The notes: a model not told the origin generated them from the letters alone. A DNA stretch of 64,000 nt from an uncultured Rivularia sp. (GCA_963665115.1 OY762007.1:7936001-8000000), one strand, 5' to 3'; positions 1-10,602 are shown, counted from the stretch's first letter. A program made the numbers and translations.

Positions 1-322
1 GAATCCTTATTTAAGGATATTGGTGCTGAAAATGGTTAAATAATGGAGAAGTATTGCTAAAAGAAACAAAGGAGCGATTTAATTAAGGAGAAATCAAGAT
101 TAATTTTTCTGGCAATATTAGAGTAAGACAATCTCAACGATCTGAATGACAAACTATAGCGGTTTTCAATTAAATAGAATAGACATCTCCGGTTCGGAAA
201 AAGACCTCTCTTTGCAGAAGAGAGGCTTAATTTTCCCCTTTCGCTAGTAGGGTAGGGGGTTAAGTTTTTTGACCTCACTATTCATACCTTCCGATTTCAA
301 GAAATTATCGGCATTTTCTAAA

Positions 323-499
323 TAAGCTGATGTGCAGCTAAATTATATAATGTGTTAGCGCAGCGTGTCCGAAGGACATAAAAGTGAAAGTATTGTAGTG
401 CTGTCTAAGACTATCGTCTCGCTCCGCTAACGCAGCGTGTCCGCCAGGACATGCATCTTGCACGAAGGGTATTATACAAATTAAGTGCGTAACAGCTTA
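323..499. mobile_element. Degenerate MITE-like element containing small dispersed repeats
   Basis: Imperfect 29-bp terminal inverted repeats (323-351 TAAGCTGATGTGCAGCTAAATTATATAAT vs reverse complement of 471-499; 22/29 match). Inside are two copies of CGCAGCGTGTCCG..AGGACAT (about 359-379 and 431-452). Confidence 0.5.
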
Positions 500-842
500 C
501 AAATAGTCGCTACTCATGGGCTTTTAAAAATGTTGGAGCAAGTCGCCTGTAGTCACCTCCAAACTGATGAGTACCTACGTGATGTAATAACTTCTATATA
601 ATCGAAAATTGCTATGCACGAGAACCAATAAAGCAGGTTTTCAAGACATCATAATTTTTCACAACTCAAATACAAGTACTAGAGTCGCAAAAATAATCAA
701 GTATTACCCTATACAAAATAAATATCCAAAGTAACAACTTTTTTTGAAGCAATTATTACCTTGGGTAGTACATTTATTCATGAATAAAAGTAACAATACA
801 CGATGTAACCTTAAAACGTTACAAGTAACCGAATTTATTTCA

Positions 843-876
843 AGCCTCGCTTCGCTAAAGTGAGGCTCTTTTTTTT
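843..876 (+). terminator. Intrinsic terminator with no adjacent upstream CDS
   Basis: Stem AGCCTCGCTT / AAGTGAGGCT (one G-U pair, valid on + strand only) followed by C and 8 T. Confidence 0.75.
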
Positions 877-1211
877 GATTCGCAAATTTGATATCTTTTA
901 GAGAATTGGTAAATTACTACCTATTATTTTTTTAGGTAGATACTTAGGTACTTTAATCTTTTTTCTTGATTAAAGTCAATAAATCTGAAGCAATAATTTT
1001 AATTTGTGTATGATAATACTTTTTGCATAAAATTTTGATATACATAATTGCTTGCTAAAAACGGGCTTGACTACTTATATTTTTGATATTTTTCTTATTA
1101 TCAAGACTCACTTCTTCCGCACGATAATTATCATTGAGCAAATTAATTGTCTTTAAAATCAATAGACGGGAAGATAATAATGGATAAATACAGCGTTGCC
1201 AATGTATACCA

Positions 1212-2432
1212 ATGAAAATACTTGTACTAAATGCAGGCTCCAGTACTCAAAAAAGTTGTTTGTACGATTTAAGCACGGGTAATCTTCCCTCTTCACCACC
1301 AGTACCCATGTGGGAAGGTAAAGTAGATTGGAGCCATCATCAAGGTGTAGCAGAAATAGAGGTTGAAACAGCTTCCGGGGAGAAGTTAACGGAGGAAATT
1401 GCTACGGATTCCCAATCTGAAGTAATGGCTCGTTTGCTTAACACTATATGCCAAGGTGAGACTTCAGTTATTAGTCAACTTTCTCAAATTGATGTAGTTG
1501 GACATCGAGTTGTGCATGGTGGTAGAGAATACAGAGAAAGTACGGTGATTACACAGAAAGTAAAAGATGCGATCGCGCAACTGGCAAATCTCGCTCCAGC
1601 ACACAATCCAGTCAATTTAGCTGGTATCGAAGCAGTAGAAAATGTTTTAGGAGAAATCAAACAAGTTGCGGTTTTTGATACCGCCTTTCATGGCAATATA
1701 CCCGATGCTGCGGCTATTTATCCCGGCCCCTATAATTGGGTAGAACAGGATATTATTCGTTATGGATTTCATGGTATCAGCCATCAATACTGTTCCCAAC
1801 GTGCTGCCGATATTCTTGGCAAAGATTTACAATCGTTACGTTTAATTACCTGTCATTTAGGCAATGGTTGTTCTTTAGCGGCGATTAAAAATGGTCATAG
1901 CGTAGATACCACGATGGGCTTTACTCCCCTTGACGGATTGATGATGGGCAATCGTTCCGGTAGCGTCGATCCCGGAATTCTTATTTACCTGTTGCGACAA
2001 GGCAATTATACGGTAGAGCAGTTAGATGACTTACTTAACAAAGCATCGGGATTAAGCGGTATATCTGGAATCTCCGGCGATATGCGGCAAATAAAAGCAG
2101 CAATTACAAATGGCGATCGCCGCGCTCAACTTGCTTTCGATATCTACATACATCGCTTGCGTTCCAATATTGGTGCCATGCTTGGCAGTTTGGGAGGATT
2201 AGATGCTTTAGTATTTACTGCTGGTGTTGGCGAAAATGCCCCTGAAGTTCGCCAAGCAGCTTGTGAAGCTTTTGAATTTTTAGGAATAAAAATTGATCTT
2301 GATAAAAATACCAGTAAACCCGTAGACGAAAATATTTCTACATCTGATTCAGCAGTAAAGGTATTAGTCATTCATACCCAAGAAGATTGGCAGATTGCTC
2401 GTGAATGTTACCATCTAGTTGGGAATTGGTAA
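1212..2432 (+). CDS. ackA: Acetate kinase
   Basis: Motifs ILVLNAGSST, GHRVVHGG, VFDTAFH, RYGFHGISH, CHLGNGCS, LVFTAGVGEN. Confidence 0.97.
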   Translation: MKILVLNAGSSTQKSCLYDLSTGNLPSSPPVPMWEGKVDWSHHQGVAEIEVETASGEKLTEEIATDSQSEVMARLLNTICQGETSVISQLSQIDVVGHRVVHGGREYRESTVITQKVKDAIAQLANLAPAHNPVNLAGIEAVENVLGEIKQVAVFDTAFHGNIPDAAAIYPGPYNWVEQDIIRYGFHGISHQYCSQRAADILGKDLQSLRLITCHLGNGCSLAAIKNGHSVDTTMGFTPLDGLMMGNRSGSVDPGILIYLLRQGNYTVEQLDDLLNKASGLSGISGISGDMRQIKAAITNGDRRAQLAFDIYIHRLRSNIGAMLGSLGGLDALVFTAGVGENAPEVRQAACEAFEFLGIKIDLDKNTSKPVDENISTSDSAVKVLVIHTQEDWQIARECYHLVGNW

Positions 2433-2630
2433 TTAGTAATTGGTAATTGGTAATTGGGGATTGGGCATTGGGCATTGGGAATTGAGAAAATATGAGAGGC
2501 ATTATAAATATCTAGATGCAGACATACGATTATTGATATTTCCATTCATCCTATCTATTTGTAATTAATAAATCCTCACTTCTCTACAACTCCCTACTCC
2601 CTACTCCCTACTCCCAACTCCCTACTCCCT
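2429..2630. repeat. Heptamer short tandem repeats (STRR-type), representative of many in the window
   Basis: (TAATTGG)n, (GGGCATT)n and (CTCCCTA)n. Similar arrays lie near 5265, 8800-8960, 12745-12805, 15322-15372, 25227, 31134, 35754, 39536, 45143, 47016 and 55279. Confidence 0.9.
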
Positions 2631-2639
2631 CATTCAACA

Positions 2640-2670
2640 AATGCCCGCCCTTAGAGACAGGACGAGCATT
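2640..2670 (-). terminator. Probable terminator of the 4049->2703 operon
   Basis: 12-bp stem AATGCTCGTCCT/AGGGCGGGCATT on the - strand (two G-U pairs), 32 nt after the stop at 2703. Confidence 0.6.
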
Positions 2671-2702
2671 GCTGAGTCAAACATATTACATTGAACTATC
2701 GC

Positions 2703-3804
2703 TTAAGATGTCTTTTGAGCATTCATAGTATCTAAATCCCAGGTGTAATAGCCCAGTTTGTTGGGAACTCTGGCAAATCTGCCAATACGATACCCGCGAG
2801 AAAGCTCACCTAGTACCATGCTCCGAATTTTCATGTCTCTAATCTCTTCTTCGTCAAGCGCTCCATAAATCTGTTCGATTATTTCACTAACAGAATAGAT
2901 TTTTCCGGAGCTATCTTCTAAAAACGAAGAAATGGCATCAATGAGAAACTGACCCTTCGTACTGAGGCAGCATTGGTATTTTTTTGGTTCGCTGAGGTAT
3001 CAGCTGCTTCCTCGCTTTTGACTTGCCTTTTTTAGATTTAGATTTACTGCCGGGTGGTGTTACCAAACTCAAATCTAATGTATAGCAACCAGGCTCGTCA
3101 GGAACCGATTCCCAGTACATTTGTTCTTTCCCGTGGGTAAGGGAAGAATGGACTCTACCTTTGACAATTTTGAATGCAGTTGACTCTAAATCTCCATAAA
3201 GCGATCGCACTACCAAATCGATATGACAGACTTTGCCTCTTTTTTCTTCCAAAAGCTGTTTTATGGCTTCTATTCGGGAAATATGCCGGAATTCGGGCAG
3301 CATCTGAATGTCAGAGCCACTTTTCGCACTATATTTTCCCTTGGATGATGTTGCTTTTTCGAGCCTGGAAGAAGCGAGGGCATCATCATCTTCACTTTCT
3401 CGATCGGTATCTTCTTCTGAAACTTCTGAAGTAGATTCGTCCGAAGTTTCTAGTTCAGACTCAGTGTCTTCGCCCAGTTCCTCAACTGAATCGGTTTCTT
3501 GGGTATTACTACCTTTAAGCTGAGATTCGATTGCTTCTCTAGATAGATGTGTGGATGTTTGCGTAATTGCAGTCACATCAAGTATCTCAAGCCCAGGGAA
3601 GCTTTTACCGTTGATTAAAGCAGAAGAATTAGACAGCAAGGCTTCAACGTGAGCAAGCTGAATTCTGGCGGTAGTGACTTTTAACTCGTACTCTTGTACT
3701 AAGCGAGCATAATATTTCCTCAAACCTAGTAATGGTTCGATTAAAGCTTGAGGTGGTGTTTCTAAGTTCTGCTGCGACTCTGGTTTCATATCGTTCTGAT
3801 TCAA
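2703..3804 (-). CDS. Hypothetical protein: coiled-coil N-terminus, acidic linker, two tandem ~80-aa repeat domains; +1 frameshift at 2953-2955
   Basis: The ORF track stops at 2938. Removing one base of the CCC run continues as [31 protein letters not shown]...[21 protein letters not shown] (stop 2703-2705). This aligns with the first domain (MLPEF...LYG...[12 protein letters not shown]). Repaired length 366 aa. Confidence 0.8.
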
Positions 3805-4049
3805 CTAACTTCAGCCTCTCCTTTATATTTCATTGCCCTTGGTTTCGCTTTACTAGACCTAGTATTTGATTTCCGATAGGACGGTTGAGGTGGACGACAT
3901 TTCTCGCAATAAAGCGGGCGAGGTCCAAAAGTTTCTCGGTCTGTAGGCTTGTTGCACTCTTTACATACAAACGAAAATACCCTTGTATGAATTTCACGCT
4001 TGTGCGCTCGGACGGTGTACTCTCTAACGTTAATTGTCTTACTTGTCAT
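3801..4049 (-). CDS. Small basic zinc-ribbon protein
   Basis: CKEC...YCEKC, N-terminal [11 protein letters not shown], basic tail. The stop overlaps the start of the downstream gene (ATGA). Confidence 0.8.
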   Translation of the reverse strand: MTSKTINVREYTVRAHKREIHTRVFSFVCKECNKPTDRETFGPRPLYCEKCRPPQPSYRKSNTRSSKAKPRAMKYKGEAEVS

Positions 4050-4228
4050 GATTACAAATTTTCAAATCTTGTCCTAATATAGTCATTCGACAGCAGAATG
4101 GTGTGCTTACATTTTATAGACTCAGCAGTTGCGGGCCACGCATATTGATTTTTCTATTCGCGGTTTTGCTTATCCGGGAAAGATACCGATCGCGAATGGC
4201 ACAAAATACATTTGTCTATTTTCTACAG

Positions 4229-4261
4229 AACTACATATGACTACTTTAGTCATATATAGTT
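4229..4261. promoter_or_regulatory. 33-bp near-perfect palindrome in a divergent intergenic region
   Basis: AACTACATATGACTA-CTT-TAGTCATATATAGTT, 14/15 arm match. Confidence 0.45.
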
Positions 4262-4482
4262 TTTTACAGACTAATAGCTCGGCTTGAGTCGAAGAACTGG
4301 GAAATTTTAGTTTTAATGTCCCCAGTAAGCTTCAAAGTAACAATTCAAATTGCTCCCTGTGTTTTGAAAACGGTCAGACAAGGCAGCAAACTACGATGAG
4401 TCTCTTGAATTGAGCCTGTTACTTCTTACGAGTATGAGGGAACTATGAGGTAGTAATACAATACCTTTTAGTTGTCCTCACA

Positions 4483-5274
4483 ATGTTAGCTCTATCTCGT
4501 CAAGCCATTACCTCGTCAAGTGTAGCCTGTTTATGCTTATTTGCAGTTAGTTCGTTACAATTTCCGCGAATGCAAAAATTGCTCTCTGACAAAACAACAA
4601 ATACAGTAGAAGCCTTGGAAAGAGAGATCAACGCGGAAGAAGTCCGTCTTAAATTCCTCAAAAAAATTCCTACATTTGGCTATGATAACTTAATTGCAAA
4701 TTGGATATATCTTAATTTTTTACAATATTTTGGAGATGATGAAAATCGGGATAAAACTGGTTATAGATTAAGTCCGCAATACTTTGAAATAATTTTAAAG
4801 CGCGACCCTAAGTTTGTAAATGCCTATTTGGCACTTTCGACAAGCGCTTCTATGTATGCTGGTATGCCGGAAAAGTCTGTAAAGATTATGAATGAAGGGT
4901 TAGAGTCACTTAATCCTTGGGTTCCGAAAAATTCTTACTATATATGGCGTTACAAAGGAGTTGATGAGTTACTATTTTTAGGCGATTATAGCGCTGCAAG
5001 AAAATCTTTTATGAGTGCTTCTGAATGGGCTAGCGAACATTCAGATGAAGAAAGCAAGCTATCGGCATCTATTTCCCGAACAACCGCAGAATTTATCCAA
5101 AAAAATCCTGATAGTAAAAATGCTCAAATTTCTGCTTGGGGTATGGTATTAAGTAGTGGAACCGATAAGAAAACTTATCAAAGAGCAATTCGCGAAATCG
5201 AAGCTTTAGGCGGAGAAGTAGTTTCTACACCTCAAGGTAATCAAATTCGATTCTCTAAGAGTAGCGAGCAGTAA
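4483..5274 (+). CDS. Conserved hypothetical membrane-anchored helical (TPR-like) protein
   Basis: N-terminal hydrophobic segment, GYDNLIANWIYLNFLQYFGD motif, 263-aa ORF. Confidence 0.7.
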   Translation: MLALSRQAITSSSVACLCLFAVSSLQFPRMQKLLSDKTTNTVEALEREINAEEVRLKFLKKIPTFGYDNLIANWIYLNFLQYFGDDENRDKTGYRLSPQYFEIILKRDPKFVNAYLALSTSASMYAGMPEKSVKIMNEGLESLNPWVPKNSYYIWRYKGVDELLFLGDYSAARKSFMSASEWASEHSDEESKLSASISRTTAEFIQKNPDSKNAQISAWGMVLSSGTDKKTYQRAIREIEALGGEVVSTPQGNQIRFSKSSEQ

Positions 5275-5701
5275 GCAGTGAGCAGTGAGCAGTGAACAAT
5301 AAATTCATTACAAAGCATCGATACTTCGATCTTATAAAAGTAAAAGATTTTGGAATCAAAATCTAGTAAAAAAAGTTTGGGAGAAAGAAATTTCTACTCC
5401 CAACTTTCCCTAAAATATACAATTCCCCAATTCCAACCTTTTTACTGCTCGCTGATTACTGCTCAATGACGATCCATATCCTACGGGTGAATACTGCTCA
5501 CTGCTCACCGATCGTTGATTATTCTTTTTTCGTGACAAAGAAATAATATTTTGCTTAATAGGAAACAAAAAACTTGCATAAATATTAAGTTTTGTAAAAA
5601 TGAGAGATTAAAAACTAGAAAGAATATTTATAGATAGTTAGACTACAGAAACAGCATATGTACTGCTATTAATAAAAAGTCAGCGCTTTCCATTAGCCTA
5701 A

Positions 5702-8700
5702 ATGATTCCAGTACAAGTAACATTAAAAAACTTTCTCAGTTATCAAGACGCAAGTTTGGATTTTAGCGGACTCCATACGGCGTGCATTTGTGGCTCTAAT
5801 GGTGCAGGCAAATCTTCGCTTTTAGAAGCTATAACTTGGGTAGTTTGGGGTGAGAGTAGAGCGGCTTCAGAGGATGATATTATTCACACTGGAGCCAAAG
5901 ATGCCCGAGTTGATTTCACTTTTGAAGCTAACGGAGAAATTTATCGAGTAATTCGTACCCGTCGTCGGGGAACTAGTAGCGCTTTGGAGTTTCAAATTGA
6001 AACAGAAGAAGGGTTCAAGTCTCTTACTAGTAAAGGTTTAAGGGCAACTCAAGAGGAAGTTATTAATCATATAAAACTTGATTACGATACTTTTATAAAT
6101 TCTGCTTACTTACGTCAAGGGCGGGCTGATGAGTTTATGCTCAAACGTCCGAGCGAGCGTAAAGAGATTTTAGCTGAGTTATTAAAATTAAATCAATATG
6201 ATGAGCTTGAAGACAAAGCCAAAGAATTATCGCGTCAGTTAAAAGCAAGGGGAGAAGAATTAGAGCGCCAGATGGGATCGATTAAATCTCAACTGCAACA
6301 ACAAGAAACTATTGCTCAACAAAGAACTGAGTTAGAAACCGAACTTAACGAACTACAAAAGCTACAGGGTTTTGACAATATTCAGTTGCAAAATTTACAG
6401 GTTATTCAACATCAGCGACAAGGTTGGGAAGAGCAACTGCATTTTGTGCGGCAGCAATATAATAATCTCACTCAAGATAGCAAGCGTTTGGAAAGCGAAC
6501 AATCCAGCTTGAAGATTCAGCTTGAGTCTTTGGAAGGTTTATTAAATCAGTCTTCAGAGATTAAAGCCGGATATATCCATTATCAAACTCTGCAATCTGA
6601 AGAAGAATCAATGGGGGCAATACTAACAGAATATACCCGCGCTTCTCAATTGCGTCAGCAACGACAGCAGCAGTTGAGCAAGCATATTCAAGGAATTGAG
6701 CGACAGTTACAACAAAGTCAAGCGCAATTAGAAGCTTTAGTGCAGCAAGAGCAAGATATTGGGCGGACTCTTAATAATACGGGTGATGTGGAAACTGCCT
6801 TAGAAAAATTAAAAGCAGCCCGTCAACGTCTGAATAATTTGGATAATTTGCAAATGCAGGTAACTCCATTGTTGCAGCAGCGTCAACAATTGCAAACCGA
6901 GTTGCATCGCACTCAAGCCGGTATAGTAGCGCGAGTCGAGCAATTGCAGACTACATTCATGCAATTGCGTTTGCAATCTCGCAAGCAACCGCAACTTCAA
7001 CAAGCAGTTATTGAAGTAGAGACAAGGATCGAACAGTTAGATAAAGATAAGGTTTATCTGCAAAGACTACAGGAAAAAGGACTAGAAAAGCGGAGTTTTA
7101 TGGAGCGCCTGCACGCCCAGCAGCGGGAATACGAGCGGCTTTTAGGGGAGTTGGAACAAAAATTGCAAATGTTGCAAAATCCCGATGCTGTTTGTCCTTT
7201 ATGCGAACGTCCTTTGGATGAGCATCACTGGAATCGAGTAGCTGATAAAACTAAGGTTGAATATAAAGATACCGAGGGACAATTATGGGTATTTCGCGAA
7301 CAACTGGCAGTCTCAGAACGAGAAATTCAGCTTTTCAGGCAGGAATATCGCAGCGTAAACGGTAAATTGTCTCCTTATGAATCTTTACGCGAGCAAAAGG
7401 GAGAATTAGCCGCACAATTGCAGGCAACCAGTGAAGTTGACATACAGATACAGAAAATCGCCGATGAAAAAGAGAGATTAGAAAAAACTCTACATTTAGG
7501 TGATTACGCGCCTCAACAGCAAAAAGAATTGCAGGAATTAGAAGACTATTTACTTACCCTTGATTACAACGAACAGAATCATGCTTTAGCTCGCAGCGAA
7601 GTTGAGAGATGGCGATGGGCAGAAATTAAGCAAGGGCAAATTAAAGATGCACGTAAGCGGCAAGCACAATTAGCAGCAAGAAAGCCCGAAATTCAAGGAT
7701 CGATTAGTCAATTAGAGAATCAAATTAAAGTAGAGCAAACTGCCAGCGAGATTGCTAGAGAAATCAAAGAATTAGAAAACAAAATTGTTGAGATGGGTTA
7801 CGATAACCAACGTCATAACCAAATCCGCATAGATGTAAGACAAGCCCAATCTTGGCATTTACGGCATCAGCAACTACTCTCAGCAGAATCTCGGCATCCC
7901 GAAATGAAAGCGCGATCGCAATCTTTACAGGAAGCATTAAAAGCTAGGTTGAGTGAAAAACAGCAGTTAGCTGCTCAAATTAACGGTATTGTGGCGCAAT
8001 TAGAACAAACCACCAATCCCACCGCTCAAATTCAGGATTTGGAACAGAAATTAGCAAACCGCCGCCGTCAACTCGACGATAAACTCGGTTATTTAGGACG
8101 ATTGCAGCAACAGTCTCAGTATTTAGAAAATCTGCAAGTACAGCATAAAGAGCAGCAGCAGCAACTCAAAAAAGTTCGCTCTCAGCAGCGAGTTTATCAG
8201 GAATTAGCCCAGGCATTTGGTAAAAATGGTATCCAAGCATTGATGATTGAAAATGTCTTACCACAGCTAGAAGCCGAGACAAATCAACTACTTTCTCGAT
8301 TGAGCGCAAATCAATTACACGTACAATTTGTGACTCAAAGAGCCGGTAAAAGCAGTAAAGCTAAAAAGAAAAATGCCAAATTAATAGACACCTTAGATAT
8401 TGTAATTGCCGATGCCAGAGGAACCCGAGCCTACGAAACCTATTCAGGTGGAGAAGCTTTTAGAATCAACTTTGCAATTCGTTTAGCACTAGCCAAATTA
8501 TTAGCGCAGCGAGCCGGAGCAGCCTTACAATTACTGATAGTTGATGAAGGATTCGGCACCCAAGACAACGAAGGATGCGACAGATTAATTGCAGCAATCA
8601 ACGCGATCGCACCCGACTTTGCCTGCATCCTCACCGTAACCCATATGCCCCATCTAAAAGAAGCCTTCGCCGCACGTATTGAAGTAGACAAAACCCAGGA

Positions 8701-8728
8701 TGGCTCTCAAATTAGGATGATGATTTAG
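5702..8728 (+). CDS. sbcC: SbcC/Rad50 SMC-like ATPase
   Basis: Walker A GSNGAGKS, long coiled coils, zinc hook CPLC, signature YSGGE, Walker B LIVDEGFG. Confidence 0.95.
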   Translation: MIPVQVTLKNFLSYQDASLDFSGLHTACICGSNGAGKSSLLEAITWVVWGESRAASEDDIIHTGAKDARVDFTFEANGEIYRVIRTRRRGTSSALEFQIETEEGFKSLTSKGLRATQEEVINHIKLDYDTFINSAYLRQGRADEFMLKRPSERKEILAELLKLNQYDELEDKAKELSRQLKARGEELERQMGSIKSQLQQQETIAQQRTELETELNELQKLQGFDNIQLQNLQVIQHQRQGWEEQLHFVRQQYNNLTQDSKRLESEQSSLKIQLESLEGLLNQSSEIKAGYIHYQTLQSEEESMGAILTEYTRASQLRQQRQQQLSKHIQGIERQLQQSQAQLEALVQQEQDIGRTLNNTGDVETALEKLKAARQRLNNLDNLQMQVTPLLQQRQQLQTELHRTQAGIVARVEQLQTTFMQLRLQSRKQPQLQQAVIEVETRIEQLDKDKVYLQRLQEKGLEKRSFMERLHAQQREYERLLGELEQKLQMLQNPDAVCPLCERPLDEHHWNRVADKTKVEYKDTEGQLWVFREQLAVSEREIQLFRQEYRSVNGKLSPYESLREQKGELAAQLQATSEVDIQIQKIADEKERLEKTLHLGDYAPQQQKELQELEDYLLTLDYNEQNHALARSEVERWRWAEIKQGQIKDARKRQAQLAARKPEIQGSISQLENQIKVEQTASEIAREIKELENKIVEMGYDNQRHNQIRIDVRQAQSWHLRHQQLLSAESRHPEMKARSQSLQEALKARLSEKQQLAAQINGIVAQLEQTTNPTAQIQDLEQKLANRRRQLDDKLGYLGRLQQQSQYLENLQVQHKEQQQQLKKVRSQQRVYQELAQAFGKNGIQALMIENVLPQLEAETNQLLSRLSANQLHVQFVTQRAGKSSKAKKKNAKLIDTLDIVIADARGTRAYETYSGGEAFRINFAIRLALAKLLAQRAGAALQLLIVDEGFGTQDNEGCDRLIAAINAIAPDFACILTVTHMPHLKEAFAARIEVDKTQDGSQIRMMI

Positions 8729-8946
8729 ATTTGGGGATTGGGCATTGGGAAGAGGAGAGGGGGTAGAGGGGGTAGAGGGGGTAGAGGGGGTAGATAATTC
8801 TTAACTCCTAATTCCTAACTCCTAATTCCTAACTCCTAATTCCTAACTCCTAATTCCTAACTCCTAATTCCTAATTCTTACTGTTCCCTGTTTCCTGATC
8901 ACTGCTCACTGCTCACTGATAACAACTAACAACTAACCACTAACAA

Positions 8947-10602
8947 CTAATAACTAACAACTAACTTAAATTCGTCAAATTTAACAACTTCAGAATCTGG
9001 TTTACTTGTATCGAAACGATAGCTACTTACAGTACCTTGTTCGGTGTCAAATATGGTAAATACGGTAATTTCATTGCTGGAAATATAAGGTAACGGTTTG
9101 CCATTTTCGTCTAAAAGTGGGGCAATTGTCGGTACTATTGGTTCTAAGCCGTAGGGGTCGCCAATTTCTGTATAATTATCATCGTGCTTATTTGGTAAAT
9201 TTTTTCGCTTTCTATCTCCATATGCAGCACCGTAGGAATTACCTACATTAGATGTTTCTAAAAAGTGCATTCCACTGGGACTAACAAAGCGATTCCATAA
9301 ATGAGAATGTCCGTAAAATACTAACTGTACTCTTGCTTTTTCTAATAAAGGTATCAAGTCACGGGTAATATAATCCTGTTCTTTGGGATATTCATATCGC
9401 ACCGAGGTAATATTATCGTTGTTATCTCGTTCTATTATCTGCACTGGATCTGTGTAAGCAGGTACGATGTTATCTCCTAAAGTGTGGGGAGGATGATGAA
9501 ACATCACAACTTTATATTTTGCTTGCTGAAATTCATCGCTGTTGAGTTCCTTGACTAACCAATTATATTGAGTGCTACCTGCTTCTATTGGTTCGTAAAT
9601 ATGCTGTCCGTATCCCCAATTTTCTGGATTATTTAACTCTTTTTGTGGCTCGGCATATTTCCCTTTATGAGAATTTTCTGTAGTGAAATGCCGCCACATA
9701 TTAGTTACATATAAAACGACCAGGCGTATATCACCGAAACTTACCGCATAGTAACCTTTTTCACCTGTTTCAGTTTCCGGGAAGCTAAATATTTTATCGA
9801 AAGTATCGGTATTAAAAGAATGATTCTCTAATGATTTTTCTCCGTACAGCTTCTGAGCAACATCACGGGGAATAGTATCGTTGAATTCTTCATTCAAACT
9901 TTTTCCAGTTTTAAACCGTCCCATCACTTCATGATTTCCAATACAGGGAAATATGGGAGCATTTTGAATTATTTGTCCTCCTTTATAAGTTGTTTCTACA
10001 CCGTCGTATTTCATTACGTATTTAGCATGTCCTTGAAAACAAGGAAAAAAAGCGTTGCCACGATTATCATCAAACCATTCACTAGCACGGTCTGGTATAT
10101 TAACTAAATCGCCAGCAAAAAAAACTGCATCAACCCGCCCAAAAGTTTCTTTTACTTTTTGTAAGTTTGCTGCTACCATCGGCTTGATTTGATGGTCGGA
10201 AGTTAATAAAATTTTCAGTGGTTTACCAGGAAGTGGAGCAGGTTCAAGAGTGAAAGCTCTACTGCTAATTAATTGGCTATTTTCTCCAATACTCGATATT
10301 CGATAAGAAATTCTTTTGCCTGGAACCAAATCGGTTAAACAAGCTTCATGTCGCCAAATTTCCCGTAAAACAGGGTGCGAATAAACTTGTCCGTCTGCTG
10401 TTTGATTTCCGACTCGCGACTGTTGATCTTCTCTGAGATGAACTGGTCTAACTTTTCTAGTAAACACAGTTGCTAGTAAATTACTACCGTATGAAACGGC
10501 GTGGCCATCACCCATAAATTCGGTAAACCAGACAACACGCGCAGAAGTTTGAGTCGGGAATTGTAAAAATGGTTCTGTTAGAAATTTTAGGTGGGATTTC
10601 AT
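8947..10602 (-). CDS. Metallophosphoesterase (purple acid phosphatase-like)
   Basis: Motifs TSDHQ, AGDLVN, IGNHE, GHSH. ATG at 10602 preferred over TTG at 10617. Confidence 0.85.
   Translation of the reverse strand: MKSHLKFLTEPFLQFPTQTSARVVWFTEFMGDGHAVSYGSNLLATVFTRKVRPVHLREDQQSRVGNQTADGQVYSHPVLREIWRHEACLTDLVPGKRISYRISSIGENSQLISSRAFTLEPAPLPGKPLKILLTSDHQIKPMVAANLQKVKETFGRVDAVFFAGDLVNIPDRASEWFDDNRGNAFFPCFQGHAKYVMKYDGVETTYKGGQIIQNAPIFPCIGNHEVMGRFKTGKSLNEEFNDTIPRDVAQKLYGEKSLENHSFNTDTFDKIFSFPETETGEKGYYAVSFGDIRLVVLYVTNMWRHFTTENSHKGKYAEPQKELNNPENWGYGQHIYEPIEAGSTQYNWLVKELNSDEFQQAKYKVVMFHHPPHTLGDNIVPAYTDPVQIIERDNNDNITSVRYEYPKEQDYITRDLIPLLEKARVQLVFYGHSHLWNRFVSPSGMHFLETSNVGNSYGAAYGDRKRKNLPNKHDDNYTEIGDPYGLEPIVPTIAPLLDENGKPLPYISSNEITVFTIFDTEQGTVSSYRFDTSKPDSEVVKFDEFKLVVSY

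Noticed and set aside
57..278. 73-aa ORF
   Set aside because: It largely overlaps repeat-derived hairpin sequence and has no recognisable motif.
701..714. NtcA box GTA-N8-TAC
   Set aside because: It matches the minimal consensus, but there is no -10 element at the canonical ~22-nt spacing on either strand; likely chance in AT-rich DNA.
5651..5664. LexA box upstream of sbcC
   Set aside because: Only the AGTAC half-site matches; the other half has two mismatches.
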